Virus record (IMG/VR): IMGVR_UViG_3300027792_000013
Location: 1-64,000 of that record
Origin: a virus
Length of the DNA: 64,000 nucleotides
Reading direction: 5' to 3' (one strand)
This document shows positions 1 to 9,663 of the stretch, in pieces. Made by a program: the position numbers and the translations under genes. The notes under the pieces were generated by a model, which was given only the letters and a program-made list of their open reading frames with translations, was not told where the DNA came from and searched no databases. Position 1 is the stretch's first letter. Each line of letters opens with the position of its first letter.

Positions 1-158
1 CTTTCGTCAAGAAAGTCCCCAGAGTCATGATCAAAATAAAGTCTATATACATTTTTTCCAAACCAATTGTTATAATGTTCTCGGTTCCAATCCTTTGAAA
101 ATTTTTTGGCTACATCAAGACTTAATGCTTCTTCGAATATTTGTTTTATTGTTTTCAT
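1..158 (-). CDS. Hypothetical protein, partial (runs off the left edge)
   Basis: ATG at 158 just downstream of the gp48-like stop; open frame MKTIKQIFEEALSLDVAKKF... to the window edge. Confidence 0.5.
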   Translation of the reverse strand, partial: MKTIKQIFEEALSLDVAKKFSKDWNREHYNNWFGKNVYRLYFDHDSGDFLDE

Positions 159-160
159 GT

Positions 161-856
161 TTAGCCCCACAAAATATCGTCTCTATATAGTGGAGCAGTT
201 TCTGTCATATCTAAACGAATAACTGTTTTTACTGGAAATCCATTTTTGAAAGCATAAAAAAATCCATCCGGGGTATAATTTGGAATATATGTGGTCAATG
301 CAAAATCTCTATCTTTCAATCCAAAATCAATGGTCTGATCTCTTTTACCATTCATTCCTAAAATATCTATACCCCAAACACAAGGAAATCCTAGAGTTGC
401 TGAAGTTGGGGAACCTTCAGGTAAACTAAATTTTTTGAAACACATTATGATGTCATGTATTTCATTTAATTCTTTTTGGTTTTTTGGAACCAACTCAAAT
501 GAAAAACTAAAAGAACGTAATTCAGGTCCACTATACAATAAAATTTCCGAGGGGTTTATGGCTTTCCCAGTTCGTTTAACAACTTCCATTGTTACTGCCC
601 CACCCAAATTCAATTTTTCCACTGCTTTCTTAAGTGGAGTAGACCAACCTAATTGGGCTGTTGGTCCCCATTGTTGAATGTTAATTTCGCTTAATTCATT
701 TGGATGAGGTAAACAAATTTGAGTAATCAATCTTTGATTTACGCTTGCCTTTTCTCCGTCTTGCCCAACAATTTTATATGATTTGCAACTGAAAATAATG
801 TACCTATCTCCAGTTATTCTACCATCTAACGGATACTTATATTGTTGTTTGGGCAT
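161..856 (-). CDS. gp48: T4 gp48-like baseplate/tail-tube cap protein
   Basis: INP.E.LLY.GPELRSFSFSFELVPKN..E...I..II..FK motif typical of gp48; divergent from gp4; late promoter upstream. Confidence 0.7.
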   Translation of the reverse strand: MPKQQYKYPLDGRITGDRYIIFSCKSYKIVGQDGEKASVNQRLITQICLPHPNELSEINIQQWGPTAQLGWSTPLKKAVEKLNLGGAVTMEVVKRTGKAINPSEILLYSGPELRSFSFSFELVPKNQKELNEIHDIIMCFKKFSLPEGSPTSATLGFPCVWGIDILGMNGKRDQTIDFGLKDRDFALTTYIPNYTPDGFFYAFKNGFPVKTVIRLDMTETAPLYRDDILWG

Positions 857-872
857 CTATTTCCTCAAAAAC

Positions 873-884
873 TATTTATAAATA
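873..884. promoter_or_regulatory. Bidirectional T4-type late promoter (TATAAATA on both strands)
   Basis: Perfect palindrome TATTTATAAATA in the 34-bp gap between the divergent gp48-like and gp4 genes. Confidence 0.75.
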
Positions 885-890
885 CAATCA

Positions 891-1355
891 ATGGGAACGA
901 AACATTTTTATAAAGGATTTTATCACGCAATCAATCCTAAAAAAATATTAGGTGACCCACAAAAAATTATATATCGAAGTGGGTTAGAAAAAAATTTCAT
1001 GATGAAATTTGATACCAATGAAAGAATTTTACATTGGTTCAGTGAAAGACTAATAGTACCATATGTTTTTTTCAATCCCATAACGAAAGTCCATGAAAAC
1101 CACAGATATTTCCCTGATATTGGTTGCATTTGGTTAGATCGAAAAACAAATGCCCCAACAAAGATCATAATTGAAATCAAACCCTTTGAACAATGTTTTC
1201 CTCCAGAACCTCCGAAAAAAATGAATAGACATTACAAGTACAAATTGTTTGAATATTTAAAAAACCAATCAAAGTGGATGTACGCTAAAAAATACTGTGA
1301 GAACCGCGGATGGAAATTCCGGGTTCTCACAGAAAAGGATTTAGCTAAGATCTAG
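891..1355 (+). CDS. gp4: Head completion protein (T4 gp4, TnsA-like nuclease fold)
   Basis: KG.Y...NPKK..GDP.KIIYRSGLE, RYFPD, IEIKP, N..KW..A..YC..RGWKF.VLTE motifs. Confidence 0.9.
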   Translation: MGTKHFYKGFYHAINPKKILGDPQKIIYRSGLEKNFMMKFDTNERILHWFSERLIVPYVFFNPITKVHENHRYFPDIGCIWLDRKTNAPTKIIIEIKPFEQCFPPEPPKKMNRHYKYKLFEYLKNQSKWMYAKKYCENRGWKFRVLTEKDLAKI

Positions 1356-2524
1356 TCACCGAAACTATCTAAAATCTCTTGGGGAGTCATTCCACCTGTT
1401 TTCGTCGGAATCACTGGTTCTTCTTTTTTTGCTTTTTTTGTTTCTTTTTTCTCTGTTTTTGGTTCTTCTACCGGTTTTGATTCTGTAAATGGTGGTTTGG
1501 TATCAAGGTCTTCTAGCCCATCAAAATCTAGCTCTTCTTTTTTTGTTTGGGTTGGCGGGGGTTCTGTTTTTGTTTTTGCAGATTCAAAGAGTTCAGTAAC
1601 ACTCTTTAATTTTCCATCGTCTTCAATTTCAGAATTAAGAATATCTTTGTTTCCCTTGGAAACCAAATCGGTATCAACTACAACATTGGATTTAGAATAA
1701 ACCATTCCGTCTTGTAGTTTCTTTTGGATTTCACTATAACTCTTGGATTGAAATTTGGGTTCCATCAAAAGTTTTCTTAAATCAACGATATATTTAGAAG
1801 CTTCAATAATTTTTTCTTCTGACCACTCAGTAATTTCAGTTTTATAACCACTTTCACCATAGTTAGCAACTGAATATTTTTTGCCGTCAATGACAGTTTC
1901 AACACTGGTAAGTCTGAATACAAAATCACTTGAACGTCTCAAGTTAAAAGGATTTCTAACTTGGATGTCAATGAATTTTGGTTCAACCGTAGATAAAATT
2001 TTCTGAATCAAACTGTTATTGTTTCCAGGTCCAAACCCATACAAAAAATATTTTCCTTCGTTTTCGGGTTCAAGTGGATCCGCGATAACATAAACATTTG
2101 TGATGTACTTTTTCTTTCTATGTGTACTTTTCAAAAATTCCTTTTTTACGGGATCTTCTGATTTAAACAGTTCAGCATTCATTTCACAAATTGGGCACTT
2201 ACCATATTCACCAGGAAAATGAGTTGTTGGGCAAACCACAATCATATACCTCCCGTTGGGCATTTCGAAATTGTGATTGAATACTTCGATGATATGTTCG
2301 TCTTTAAATTCTCCTTGGTTTCCGGTTGGGCAGAAACGAACGATAGCACTTCCATTACCATCTTCACCGCGTTTAGGAGACCAAAACCGTGGATCTTCTT
2401 CCTGTTTAAATCCACCACCTTTGGCCTTTGCTTTTAACGAGTCAAAACTGTTTCGGTCAAATTCAGATCCACTTCCGGCTAAACGAGTTAGCAAGAAATT
2501 TGCTTCTTCAGATCTTTCTTTCAT
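1352..2524 (-). CDS. gp32: Single-stranded DNA-binding protein (T4 gp32) with long charged C-terminal tail
   Basis: D.RFW.P...EDGNGSAIVRF.P; Zn ligands H..C..CPIC; NVYVIADP..PENEGKYFLY. Confidence 0.93.
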   Translation of the reverse strand: MKERSEEANFLLTRLAGSGSEFDRNSFDSLKAKAKGGGFKQEEDPRFWSPKRGEDGNGSAIVRFCPTGNQGEFKDEHIIEVFNHNFEMPNGRYMIVVCPTTHFPGEYGKCPICEMNAELFKSEDPVKKEFLKSTHRKKKYITNVYVIADPLEPENEGKYFLYGFGPGNNNSLIQKILSTVEPKFIDIQVRNPFNLRRSSDFVFRLTSVETVIDGKKYSVANYGESGYKTEITEWSEEKIIEASKYIVDLRKLLMEPKFQSKSYSEIQKKLQDGMVYSKSNVVVDTDLVSKGNKDILNSEIEDDGKLKSVTELFESAKTKTEPPPTQTKKEELDFDGLEDLDTKPPFTESKPVEEPKTEKKETKKAKKEEPVIPTKTGGMTPQEILDSFGD

Positions 2525-3126
2525 AAATTTTCTCCTTTTGATATTAAAATTGATATCTTTTCTTTTTCTAACATTGGTATTCCCAATAGTTTAAATTTGT
2601 CTATAAGAAATCCATATTTCTCCCATAGTTTCATATGATAGAGTTTCTCTCTGGTATAAAATGAATCTATCATAACCGTAGTTAAAAAATGAATCTTTTT
2701 TATTTCCAATAGTTCAAACATTTTTCCACGAGCAAATGGAATCATTGACATAATTCTAGGTTTGTCTGTAAGTGAAACTTCTTTTAAAATCTCATTGTAA
2801 ATGAATTTCAAATCTTTTTCAAATCCAACGGAAAGATTTTTTGTATATTGACGCCATTTCTGATATGTTTCAAAACAGGAAGGATTAAAAAAATCAAAGG
2901 CATATTTGTTTGGATCATCAATGAAATTAGAAATACAAAATGTATTAAATTGTGGTAATGTTAACTCTTTTGATTTTACTAAATTTGAAAGTACTTCAAC
3001 CACTTTTTTGTCGCCGTCATATCTCTGTTTGATTTTCCTAATGTGAGTTATTCCAAACATGAAATTCTTGGAGGTAAAATGAAATTTCAAAGTCAAGTAG
3101 TTTTGATACAAATCAAATTCAAACAT
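2521..3126 (-). CDS. gp59: Helicase loader (T4 gp59-like)
   Basis: YQ.YL.LK.HF N-terminus, ~200 aa, immediately upstream of gp32 as in T4. Confidence 0.7.
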   Translation of the reverse strand: MFEFDLYQNYLTLKFHFTSKNFMFGITHIRKIKQRYDGDKKVVEVLSNLVKSKELTLPQFNTFCISNFIDDPNKYAFDFFNPSCFETYQKWRQYTKNLSVGFEKDLKFIYNEILKEVSLTDKPRIMSMIPFARGKMFELLEIKKIHFLTTVMIDSFYTREKLYHMKLWEKYGFLIDKFKLLGIPMLEKEKISILISKGENL

Positions 3127-3131
3127 AATTT

Positions 3132-3160
3132 ATTATATTGAATATCATGTTAAAACTTTA
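3132..3160 (-). promoter_or_regulatory. Class II promoter TAAAGT-N17-TATAAT upstream of gp59
   Basis: Matches the motif repeated at 12 sites; -10 box lies 5 nt before the ATG. Confidence 0.6.
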
Positions 3161-4050
3161 AGAATTTCGGAGGATAAACTTTTCGCGACTTCTATGATTT
3201 CATTTAATGATGGTTCACCGTTCATGTAAAAAGCTCCGGCATAAGGATGTCCTCCATATGTTTTAATCGATTTATTTCCCGAAAAAACAATATCCATACA
3301 CGAATTTAGGTTTACTTTAGAATTATTGGTTTTAATTCTAATATGAATTCCTTTTGTTGATTTGTCATAAAAGAAGTATAGTTTACAGTTGGGATGAAAA
3401 AACCCTATATCATTTAATATCAACATAGAATTTGTATCACCATTTAAAAACAGAGTAGAATCTGCGATTTCGATTTTTTCTATAGTCTTAAAGGTTTCAA
3501 TTTTTTGTTTAATTTTACTTTCGACAATATTGACTTGTTCTACCGAAAATTTTTCGAAACCATTGTCGAAGATATCAACAAAATTAAAAAATCCATGATG
3601 CCAAAATAATTCGTTTAGATAATAAGAAGATTTAAATTTATGTATCCACAAATCATAGTCACTTGTAATCTCACAAAGTTTTTTAAATCTCCCTTTAGTA
3701 TCTAACAAAAACATTTGGTCTTTAAAGAATTCATAACATAGTAGGGCGGCGCTTTGATCAGTTTTTAGCAAAGTACTTTTTACAAATCTTCCGATGTCAT
3801 TTGAAATTGATTCTTCATGATGATCTATGTAAGTAACATCGAATTTTTTAGAAAGTTTTTTAATGTTGGGAATATCAATAACGAAATCCGTGACGAAAAG
3901 TTCTTGTGGTACTTCTCTCTCTAGGATTTCCATTATCTTTTTATCTTTCTTTTCGTAACCACAACAATAGTATTTGAATTTTCCATAAATTGCTTTCAGA
4001 ATTATGGTGCAAACAGCACCATCAAGATCATAATGAGTTAATTGAATCAT
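3145..4050 (-). CDS. DHH-family phosphoesterase (NrnA-like)
   Basis: THYDLDG, FVTDF, IDHH and C-terminal GGHPYAG motifs. Confidence 0.85.
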   Translation of the reverse strand: MIQLTHYDLDGAVCTIILKAIYGKFKYYCCGYEKKDKKIMEILEREVPQELFVTDFVIDIPNIKKLSKKFDVTYIDHHEESISNDIGRFVKSTLLKTDQSAALLCYEFFKDQMFLLDTKGRFKKLCEITSDYDLWIHKFKSSYYLNELFWHHGFFNFVDIFDNGFEKFSVEQVNIVESKIKQKIETFKTIEKIEIADSTLFLNGDTNSMLILNDIGFFHPNCKLYFFYDKSTKGIHIRIKTNNSKVNLNSCMDIVFSGNKSIKTYGGHPYAGAFYMNGEPSLNEIIEVAKSLSSEILKVLT

Positions 4051-4060
4051 TTTAGCCTCT

Positions 4061-4708
4061 TTAAATAGTTGAAATTAATACATTTTTGGGGGACATTACA
4101 AATTTATCTTCTATGATTTTAGTACCTTCATCCCCATCGCCAATTGGCCATCCATATGTTAAAATTTCTAAACAATACAATTTATATGCTCCGATTTCTT
4201 TTTTAAATGAGTTGGAGTAAAAGTATTGCCCGGACATTTTGTGACAACATGGCATCATAACCAATTGAACTGTTTTGTTAAATAATAATGATTTAAAAAA
4301 ATCGACTACGAGATATGCTAAATCTTTACATGGATGAATAGCAATGATTACAATATTATTTGATTTTTTCTCCAGCCATTCATCCTCCAAATCTGAATAA
4401 GATTTTATAATATCACATTCAATATATTTGAAATTTTTAACTGCATCATAATTATATTTTCGTTTTTTAATATCATAAGCCGTAACTGACTTAAATTTAT
4501 ACATGAATGCCGCCAATACAGAAGTCAAAGCATTTCCTGCACATAAATCAATTAGATGGTATTTTTTATGGTCTAGTTTACTCAACCTTTTTAGAACTGC
4601 CATTGATTCTGTAATTTCTTTTGTTCTGTTTGGAATTTTACCTAAAATATCTAATATATCCTGATGACATCTCAAAGAATAAAATTGATCGACGTATTTA
4701 TTTGACAT
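4061..4708 (-). CDS. Class I SAM-dependent methyltransferase (Methyltransf_32-like)
   Basis: IDLCAGNALTS SAM motif, IHPCKDLA, MPCCH. Confidence 0.75.
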   Translation of the reverse strand: MSNKYVDQFYSLRCHQDILDILGKIPNRTKEITESMAVLKRLSKLDHKKYHLIDLCAGNALTSVLAAFMYKFKSVTAYDIKKRKYNYDAVKNFKYIECDIIKSYSDLEDEWLEKKSNNIVIIAIHPCKDLAYLVVDFFKSLLFNKTVQLVMMPCCHKMSGQYFYSNSFKKEIGAYKLYCLEILTYGWPIGDGDEGTKIIEDKFVMSPKNVLISTI

Positions 4709-4724
4709 TTTTACTCCTGTCTTT

Positions 4725-4754
4725 ATTATATAATACTTCTATACAAATACTTAA
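4725..4754 (-). promoter_or_regulatory. Class II promoter TTAAGT-N18-TATAAT
   Basis: Motif upstream of the AGGAG RBS of the methyltransferase gene. Confidence 0.55.
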
Positions 4755-4865
4755 GAAACCCATGGTTAAAATTAAAAATATCAGTAATTTCAGGAATTCA
4801 TTTTTTATTGGTTTACATATAAAATAAAAAAGGCAAGCCCCAAAAATAGTAGCTAATATAATCAT

Positions 4866-5039
4866 TTAGTTTTCTTTTATATCTATAGATTCTAGCATAG
4901 ACAATGGAAATTCACATCTAAAAACTTTTTTAGATTTTACATCAATCCAAGTACAAATGGCAATTTGTTTTTCTTCATCAATAGATTCAATTGACATATC
5001 AGAGGGGACATCAATAGATAATAAATTTTGCTTGTTCAC
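4866..5039 (-). CDS. Small protein (57 aa, YodC/DUF2158-like), not in the ORF track
   Basis: GTG start overlaps the upstream stop; P.DMSIE....AICTW....F..EFP pattern. Confidence 0.4.
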   Translation of the reverse strand: MNKQNLLSIDVPSDMSIESIDEEKQIAICTWIDVKSKKVFRCEFPLSMLESIDIKEN

Positions 5040-5488
5040 AATAATTCCACCATTTCTATTATTTTATATATCATTTTTTGATTTTTTAATTTTGCTATTA
5101 AATGTGATGCAATATGATCTGCCCAATTTGCCGTAATTCGTATTTTAACCTTATTTGTACAAACCATTATAATTCCTGCTATAATATTGATGGCATCATT
5201 TATTTTGTTATAGACATCTTTGAAATCGAAAGAATTTCCGGGGATTGTAGTTGTAGAAACAAGGGTTCCTATTATTTTATCATTATTTGATACTTTATAA
5301 ATTTCAATTTCCATAGGAGAATCTAATGGTGTTATTTTATCATCACTTAATGTTCTATAAACTTCGATTATTATGGGATGATCTTTTATTTTTATACATT
5401 CAATATTAACATTGATTATAATCACGTCATTCCCCAAATTTAACAAGAAACTCTGGGTTGATACATTTAAACGAAACTTTATTTTCAT
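5036..5488 (-). CDS. Hypothetical protein
   Basis: 150-aa ORF in the minus-strand gene run. Confidence 0.45.
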   Translation of the reverse strand: MKIKFRLNVSTQSFLLNLGNDVIIINVNIECIKIKDHPIIIEVYRTLSDDKITPLDSPMEIEIYKVSNNDKIIGTLVSTTTIPGNSFDFKDVYNKINDAINIIAGIIMVCTNKVKIRITANWADHIASHLIAKLKNQKMIYKIIEMVELL

Positions 5489-6527
5489 AATTTCTAAACA
5501 CTCCGCCCTCAGTCATCACTTTGTCGTTTAGAGCAGATGGTCGATTTACTAATTTTCGTAATTCTTCAATTGTATCAGGTAACACAAAATTATTGGCAAT
5601 CAACGGCACTCTTTTAACTCCGAATATATTTTCACAAAAAATTTCTTGTTCATTGTATTCAATGGTAAATTTATCAAAATCCCAGTAATTGTGCCATCTA
5701 AAAAGAAACATGTTAAATGCAAAAAAATCTAAAACATCTAATTTATATTTGTTTTTTTGAATTCCGGGCCCAACTAATTCTCCTTGAATACAAATCGCTG
5801 TTGATTTATTTTTGCCATAAAATTTAAGATAATCTTTCATTCTTTTTTTCAAATCATGTTTGTAAACAGGTACCCAATATTGTTTATCATTTTCATATAC
5901 TCGTCTATTACGTGAACAAACAATAAATTCGAATTTATGACCATACCAAGTTTTTATCTTTTTCATTGCATATGTAACAGAACAACCATCTAGTTTTTCT
6001 GTTACAATATATGGAATTTTTTTGTTTAAAAAATAAATGTTATTTTCAATGCGGGGTTCATCTGTTTTGGAAATCCAATCAGGAAATTCATTCCGTCTAC
6101 TTTTTCGTAAAAAGAGTGAGCGAACAATTTTAAATCTAAACCACCAATTTTGTTTTTTCTTTTCAATCAATACATCATCTTTGTCATATTTCGTTATCCC
6201 AAGAAGTTCAGTAACATCATCACTGACTTTATATTCATTATAAGGTAATATGCTCAAAGAAAAACAAATACCTTGAGATATCACTTTAAATTTATTCAAT
6301 TTCATTGTTTTGATATGAAAATTTTTAGATCTTAGAAATTCAAATTCTGATCTTTCTGGTAGTAAAGAATCGATTTCAACATAAACACATAAATCTCCTG
6401 CTTTGAATTCATTTTTCTTTACCACAACACTCCAACCATCAATAATTGCTAATTGGATATTATCAGCATTTTGAATATCAATTACATCATCAATTACTCT
6501 AATTGTCGCCAATTTTCTTTCAGTCAT
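5427..6527 (-). CDS. RNA ligase, DRB0094 family
   Basis: N-terminal RKLATIR..NAD.I.LA.IDGW.VVVKK.EF..GD.CVY.EIDS.LP module; TEKLDG, QGELVGPGIQKN, EGGV, SFK motifs; start moved to MTERK after a GGAG RBS. Confidence 0.88.
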   Translation of the reverse strand: MTERKLATIRVIDDVIDIQNADNIQLAIIDGWSVVVKKNEFKAGDLCVYVEIDSLLPERSEFEFLRSKNFHIKTMKLNKFKVISQGICFSLSILPYNEYKVSDDVTELLGITKYDKDDVLIEKKKQNWWFRFKIVRSLFLRKSRRNEFPDWISKTDEPRIENNIYFLNKKIPYIVTEKLDGCSVTYAMKKIKTWYGHKFEFIVCSRNRRVYENDKQYWVPVYKHDLKKRMKDYLKFYGKNKSTAICIQGELVGPGIQKNKYKLDVLDFFAFNMFLFRWHNYWDFDKFTIEYNEQEIFCENIFGVKRVPLIANNFVLPDTIEELRKLVNRPSALNDKVMTEGGVFRNYENKVSFKCINPEFLVKFGE

Positions 6528-7054
6528 TTTTTCTCCTTGCATAAATGAATAATTCTTTCATCCGTTCGATCTACCATTTGTTCACATTCTTTACAAACAC
6601 GAATATATGGCTGTATTTCATCAAATGTGCGTCTATATAGCGGAACTGTTTCAAATGGATCACATCGAACTAATTTAATTCTTTTTGCGAATATCGTACC
6701 ACCTGGAAATGACATTATATGTGGCAGGGCTTCTATAATTTTACCACGCGCCAATTCATGCATGTGACAACAAATTTGGCATTCGGTTTCAGCTGGGTTA
6801 TACTCTATTTCCATTAGTTTAAAAAAGTTGTTGGGTTGAATAACCCAAAATTCGGACATGTATTTAATTGCTAATTTTTTATCAGAAAAACACGTCAATT
6901 CAAATCCTTTTTGGGCTAACCATTTAGGTGGTTCTATAAAACGATCAAAGAAGTACTGTACTCTTGCTTTTCCATAAGCATATGATGAATAGTATTTTAA
7001 TTTATCTTTCACTACTTTAACAGAAACTACTTTGTAACCTTTTTTAATTTCCAT
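6524..7054 (-). CDS. Hypothetical protein, paralog family A (copy 1)
   Basis: KGYK.V..Y.S...KARVQYFFD.F..PP.WL...GF.L.CFS shared with 8269..8736 and 31858..32268. Confidence 0.65.
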   Translation of the reverse strand: MEIKKGYKVVSVKVVKDKLKYYSSYAYGKARVQYFFDRFIEPPKWLAQKGFELTCFSDKKLAIKYMSEFWVIQPNNFFKLMEIEYNPAETECQICCHMHELARGKIIEALPHIMSFPGGTIFAKRIKLVRCDPFETVPLYRRTFDEIQPYIRVCKECEQMVDRTDERIIHLCKEKK

Positions 7055-7056
7055 AT

Positions 7057-7260
7057 TTAATCCAATGGCTGACTCATAAGAGAATCTTCAAATTCTTTTA
7101 TGATTTCAATAGCATCATTAACTCTTTTTATATCTGCTTCTTCTTTTAGTAGGTTATCTGGAATAATATAATAGCTTGTTATCTTATTCCAGAAATCATC
7201 ACTTGAAATCTCATGACAAAGGTTTAACATTTTCCAGATGTCTTTTTTAACTTTCATCAT
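7057..7260 (-). CDS. Hypothetical protein
   Basis: Likely start MMKVKK after an AGGAG RBS. Confidence 0.5.
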   Translation of the reverse strand: MMKVKKDIWKMLNLCHEISSDDFWNKITSYYIIPDNLLKEEADIKRVNDAIEIIKEFEDSLMSQPLD

Positions 7261-7261
7261 T

Positions 7262-7501
7262 TTATCTCCTTTTCTTATATTTTCTATATGATTCGACCGC
7301 AGTTTCTTCTGACTCAGCACAATAACTCCAATGCGTACACCGATCACCACATGCATATAAATTCATGCAACAATCCATAGAAAATTCATCAACTACTCCA
7401 TTAAACATTTCTGCGTGGGTTTTAGCATCTGATTCATTACCCCAGATTCCAATAATATCACCTCGATGAGATTTAACTAAAAAGACGATTTTATCTTTCA
7501 T
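7262..7501 (-). CDS. Hypothetical Cys-rich protein
   Basis: 79-aa ORF with ATGA coupling to the upstream gene. Confidence 0.5.
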   Translation of the reverse strand: MKDKIVFLVKSHRGDIIGIWGNESDAKTHAEMFNGVVDEFSMDCCMNLYACGDRCTHWSYCAESEETAVESYRKYKKRR

Positions 7502-7800
7502 TTTTCTTTTATCCTGAATTCAACTATGCAATCATCAAACATAGAATATTTCTTAAATTTCGTAATCAATAATCCCATCACCTTTCCCGCAACTTCTTTT
7601 GTTTTATATCCTCGTTTTTCTACTTCCCAGTCATGTTCTATTTTCCCTTTCCATTTTGGAATTATATTTTTCTTTAAAGTTATTTTTGATTCAATACAAA
7701 AATTACCTTTTGGCTTTTTTGATTTCAATTTGGGAACCTCAGTTTGTAGTTCTCTTTTTCGTTTTTTGTATTTTTCTCTTTCTTTTGCTCTTTCTGTCAT
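7498..7800 (-). CDS. Hypothetical basic protein
   Basis: 100-aa ORF in the operon. Confidence 0.5.
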   Translation of the reverse strand: MTERAKEREKYKKRKRELQTEVPKLKSKKPKGNFCIESKITLKKNIIPKWKGKIEHDWEVEKRGYKTKEVAGKVMGLLITKFKKYSMFDDCIVEFRIKEK

Positions 7801-7801
7801 T

Positions 7802-8272
7802 TTATAAACTCTTTCTCATTATTATCATAATTTCTTCAATAGCATATGATTCTGAAAATTTTATTTTAGAATTGAGGTAATGCAAGTCTATTAAAATCCC
7901 AATAAAAAAAATAAAAATACACCCAAATGTTATCCAAAAAATAGCTATCAAATCTTCATCATAATTTTTACATAGATGATAACAACGAGAAATAATTACT
8001 ATTACCAACATCAATGCCAATATTGATCCTAGTACAATTACTACCGACACTTCCTCTCTTTTTTCAATTTCGGCTTCTATTTTGATATTTCTAGCTAAAA
8101 TTTTAATTACATTTGGGTTTATTTCCAAATATTTGGCAAAATTTTCAAAGGTCTTTGATGTAAAATTTAAATTAATGTTTTTATCTAGAAATTCAGTGGT
8201 TTCAACTTTTGTTTGAGCAATCAAACTTAAACCGAAAACCACGATGAGAATACCAAAAATAATCTTTTTCAT
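7802..8272 (-). CDS. Membrane protein (signal peptide plus 2 TM helices)
   Basis: Hydrophobic N-terminus and two hydrophobic stretches. Confidence 0.6.
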   Translation of the reverse strand: MKKIIFGILIVVFGLSLIAQTKVETTEFLDKNINLNFTSKTFENFAKYLEINPNVIKILARNIKIEAEIEKREEVSVVIVLGSILALMLVIVIISRCYHLCKNYDEDLIAIFWITFGCIFIFFIGILIDLHYLNSKIKFSESYAIEEIMIIMRKSL

Positions 8273-8736
8273 TTTTTCTCCTTTGAAATATCATCATTTA
8301 TAATTTTTTGTTTCTGTTTTTCAAAAGACTTAACTAATATTGTATTGACTAACTTGATTTTTGACGCAAATCTTGTTCCTGTTGGATAATGATGTAATCC
8401 AGAAGTTTCAAATCTTCCTATACTCAACAACTGCAAAATACAACAGAAAGGGGAAGGAATTTTACTTGGTTTATATTCTATTTGTATCAATTGAAGAGTC
8501 CCCTTACTTCTAAGTCTAAGGGTTTTATGAAAAAATAATACTTTTTCAAATTCTTTAATCGCAATCTTCTTGTTGGAAAAACAGTTAAGCCAAAACCCTT
8601 TTTCTTTTAACCATTTTGGAGGTTCTACAAACTGATCAAAGAAGTACTGTACTTGGGCTTTTCCTTCTGCATACACAGAAAAGTACTCAGGCCTTCCACC
8701 TTTGTTTTTACAATATACAATCTTGTAGCCTTTCAT
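8269..8736 (-). CDS. Hypothetical protein, paralog family A (copy 2)
   Basis: Shares family A motifs with 6524..7054. Confidence 0.65.
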   Translation of the reverse strand: MKGYKIVYCKNKGGRPEYFSVYAEGKAQVQYFFDQFVEPPKWLKEKGFWLNCFSNKKIAIKEFEKVLFFHKTLRLRSKGTLQLIQIEYKPSKIPSPFCCILQLLSIGRFETSGLHHYPTGTRFASKIKLVNTILVKSFEKQKQKIINDDISKEKK

Positions 8737-9083
8737 TTTGACTCACTTACATATTTAAACAGTCCTTTCAAATATGGTAAACACTTTTTGCAGATTAAAT
8801 ATACTTGACCATCAAATTCCGATTGAATTGATTTTCGTAACAATACAGGATAAGTTAAAACTTTATTTCGACAGCAATAATCACATCTTCCAGTTTGAAT
8901 TTGATCATTTACCGTTTGTGGAGGTTGACTAATTCCTAGGGCATATCGCAAAGCGTTTCCTACTTGTTCAAAATCTTTTGCGATTGCCTTTGAATCAACT
9001 GCTTCTGGATCATCTGAGAATAACCCATCGTAAATGTTCAAGTACTGATCCAAATCAAATCCGAAGTCTTTTATGTTTTTCAT
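8733..9083 (-). CDS. Hypothetical protein with CxxC...CxxC Zn finger
   Basis: CDYC and CKKC. Confidence 0.55.
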   Translation of the reverse strand: MKNIKDFGFDLDQYLNIYDGLFSDDPEAVDSKAIAKDFEQVGNALRYALGISQPPQTVNDQIQTGRCDYCCRNKVLTYPVLLRKSIQSEFDGQVYLICKKCLPYLKGLFKYVSESK

Positions 9084-9092
9084 TTTTATTTC

Positions 9093-9407
9093 TTAAAAAA
9101 TAAAATTAATTATCAACATGATTAAATTCAAAAACATAATTAATACAAAAACAATTTCCATTTGTATAAGTTTATTTGCGTCCTTTTTTGGTTTCTCTGT
9201 GTCTTTTAACAATGAAAAATTAAAATGTTTTGCTAAAATTGAAGGAGCACAATAATCCAAAACATTGTTACATAACCAATTAGCACAATTATGTGGGTTT
9301 TTTTCATTCTTTAAAAGTTCAGTGTATTGATCCCATCTTTCACAATTTTTACAGAAGTAACAAACCTTTTTAGTGCATTTGTTGCAATCAATTATACATT
9401 TTTGCAT
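9093..9407 (-). CDS. Cys-rich protein with C-terminal TM helix, paralog family B
   Basis: Tandem paralog of 9392..9658. Confidence 0.6.
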   Translation of the reverse strand: MQKCIIDCNKCTKKVCYFCKNCERWDQYTELLKNEKNPHNCANWLCNNVLDYCAPSILAKHFNFSLLKDTEKPKKDANKLIQMEIVFVLIMFLNLIMLIINFIF

Positions 9408-9658
9408 TTTATTAATCCTTCATTACGTTTTGAAGTTTCTTCAAGTTCTTTAATTCTTAAATTTACAAAATGTCTCGCTAGAATAGATGGAGCACAATAA
9501 TCAAGAGCATTATCCCTTATAGTTAAAAAATGAGAACAATTTCCTGGATTTTTTTCATCTTTTAAAAGTTCCGTAAGTTGTTCCCACTTTAAACACCCCT
9601 CGCAAAATGGACAAATCTTCCTTTTGCACCGGTAGCAATTAATTACGCATTTTTGCAT
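9392..9658 (-). CDS. Cys-rich protein, paralog family B
   Basis: MQKC..C..C...C.FC..C..W.Q.TELLK.EKNP.NC...LDYCAPSILA.HF in both copies. Confidence 0.6.
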   Translation of the reverse strand: MQKCVINCYRCKRKICPFCEGCLKWEQLTELLKDEKNPGNCSHFLTIRDNALDYCAPSILARHFVNLRIKELEETSKRNEGLIKCKNV

Positions 9659-9663
9659 TTTTT

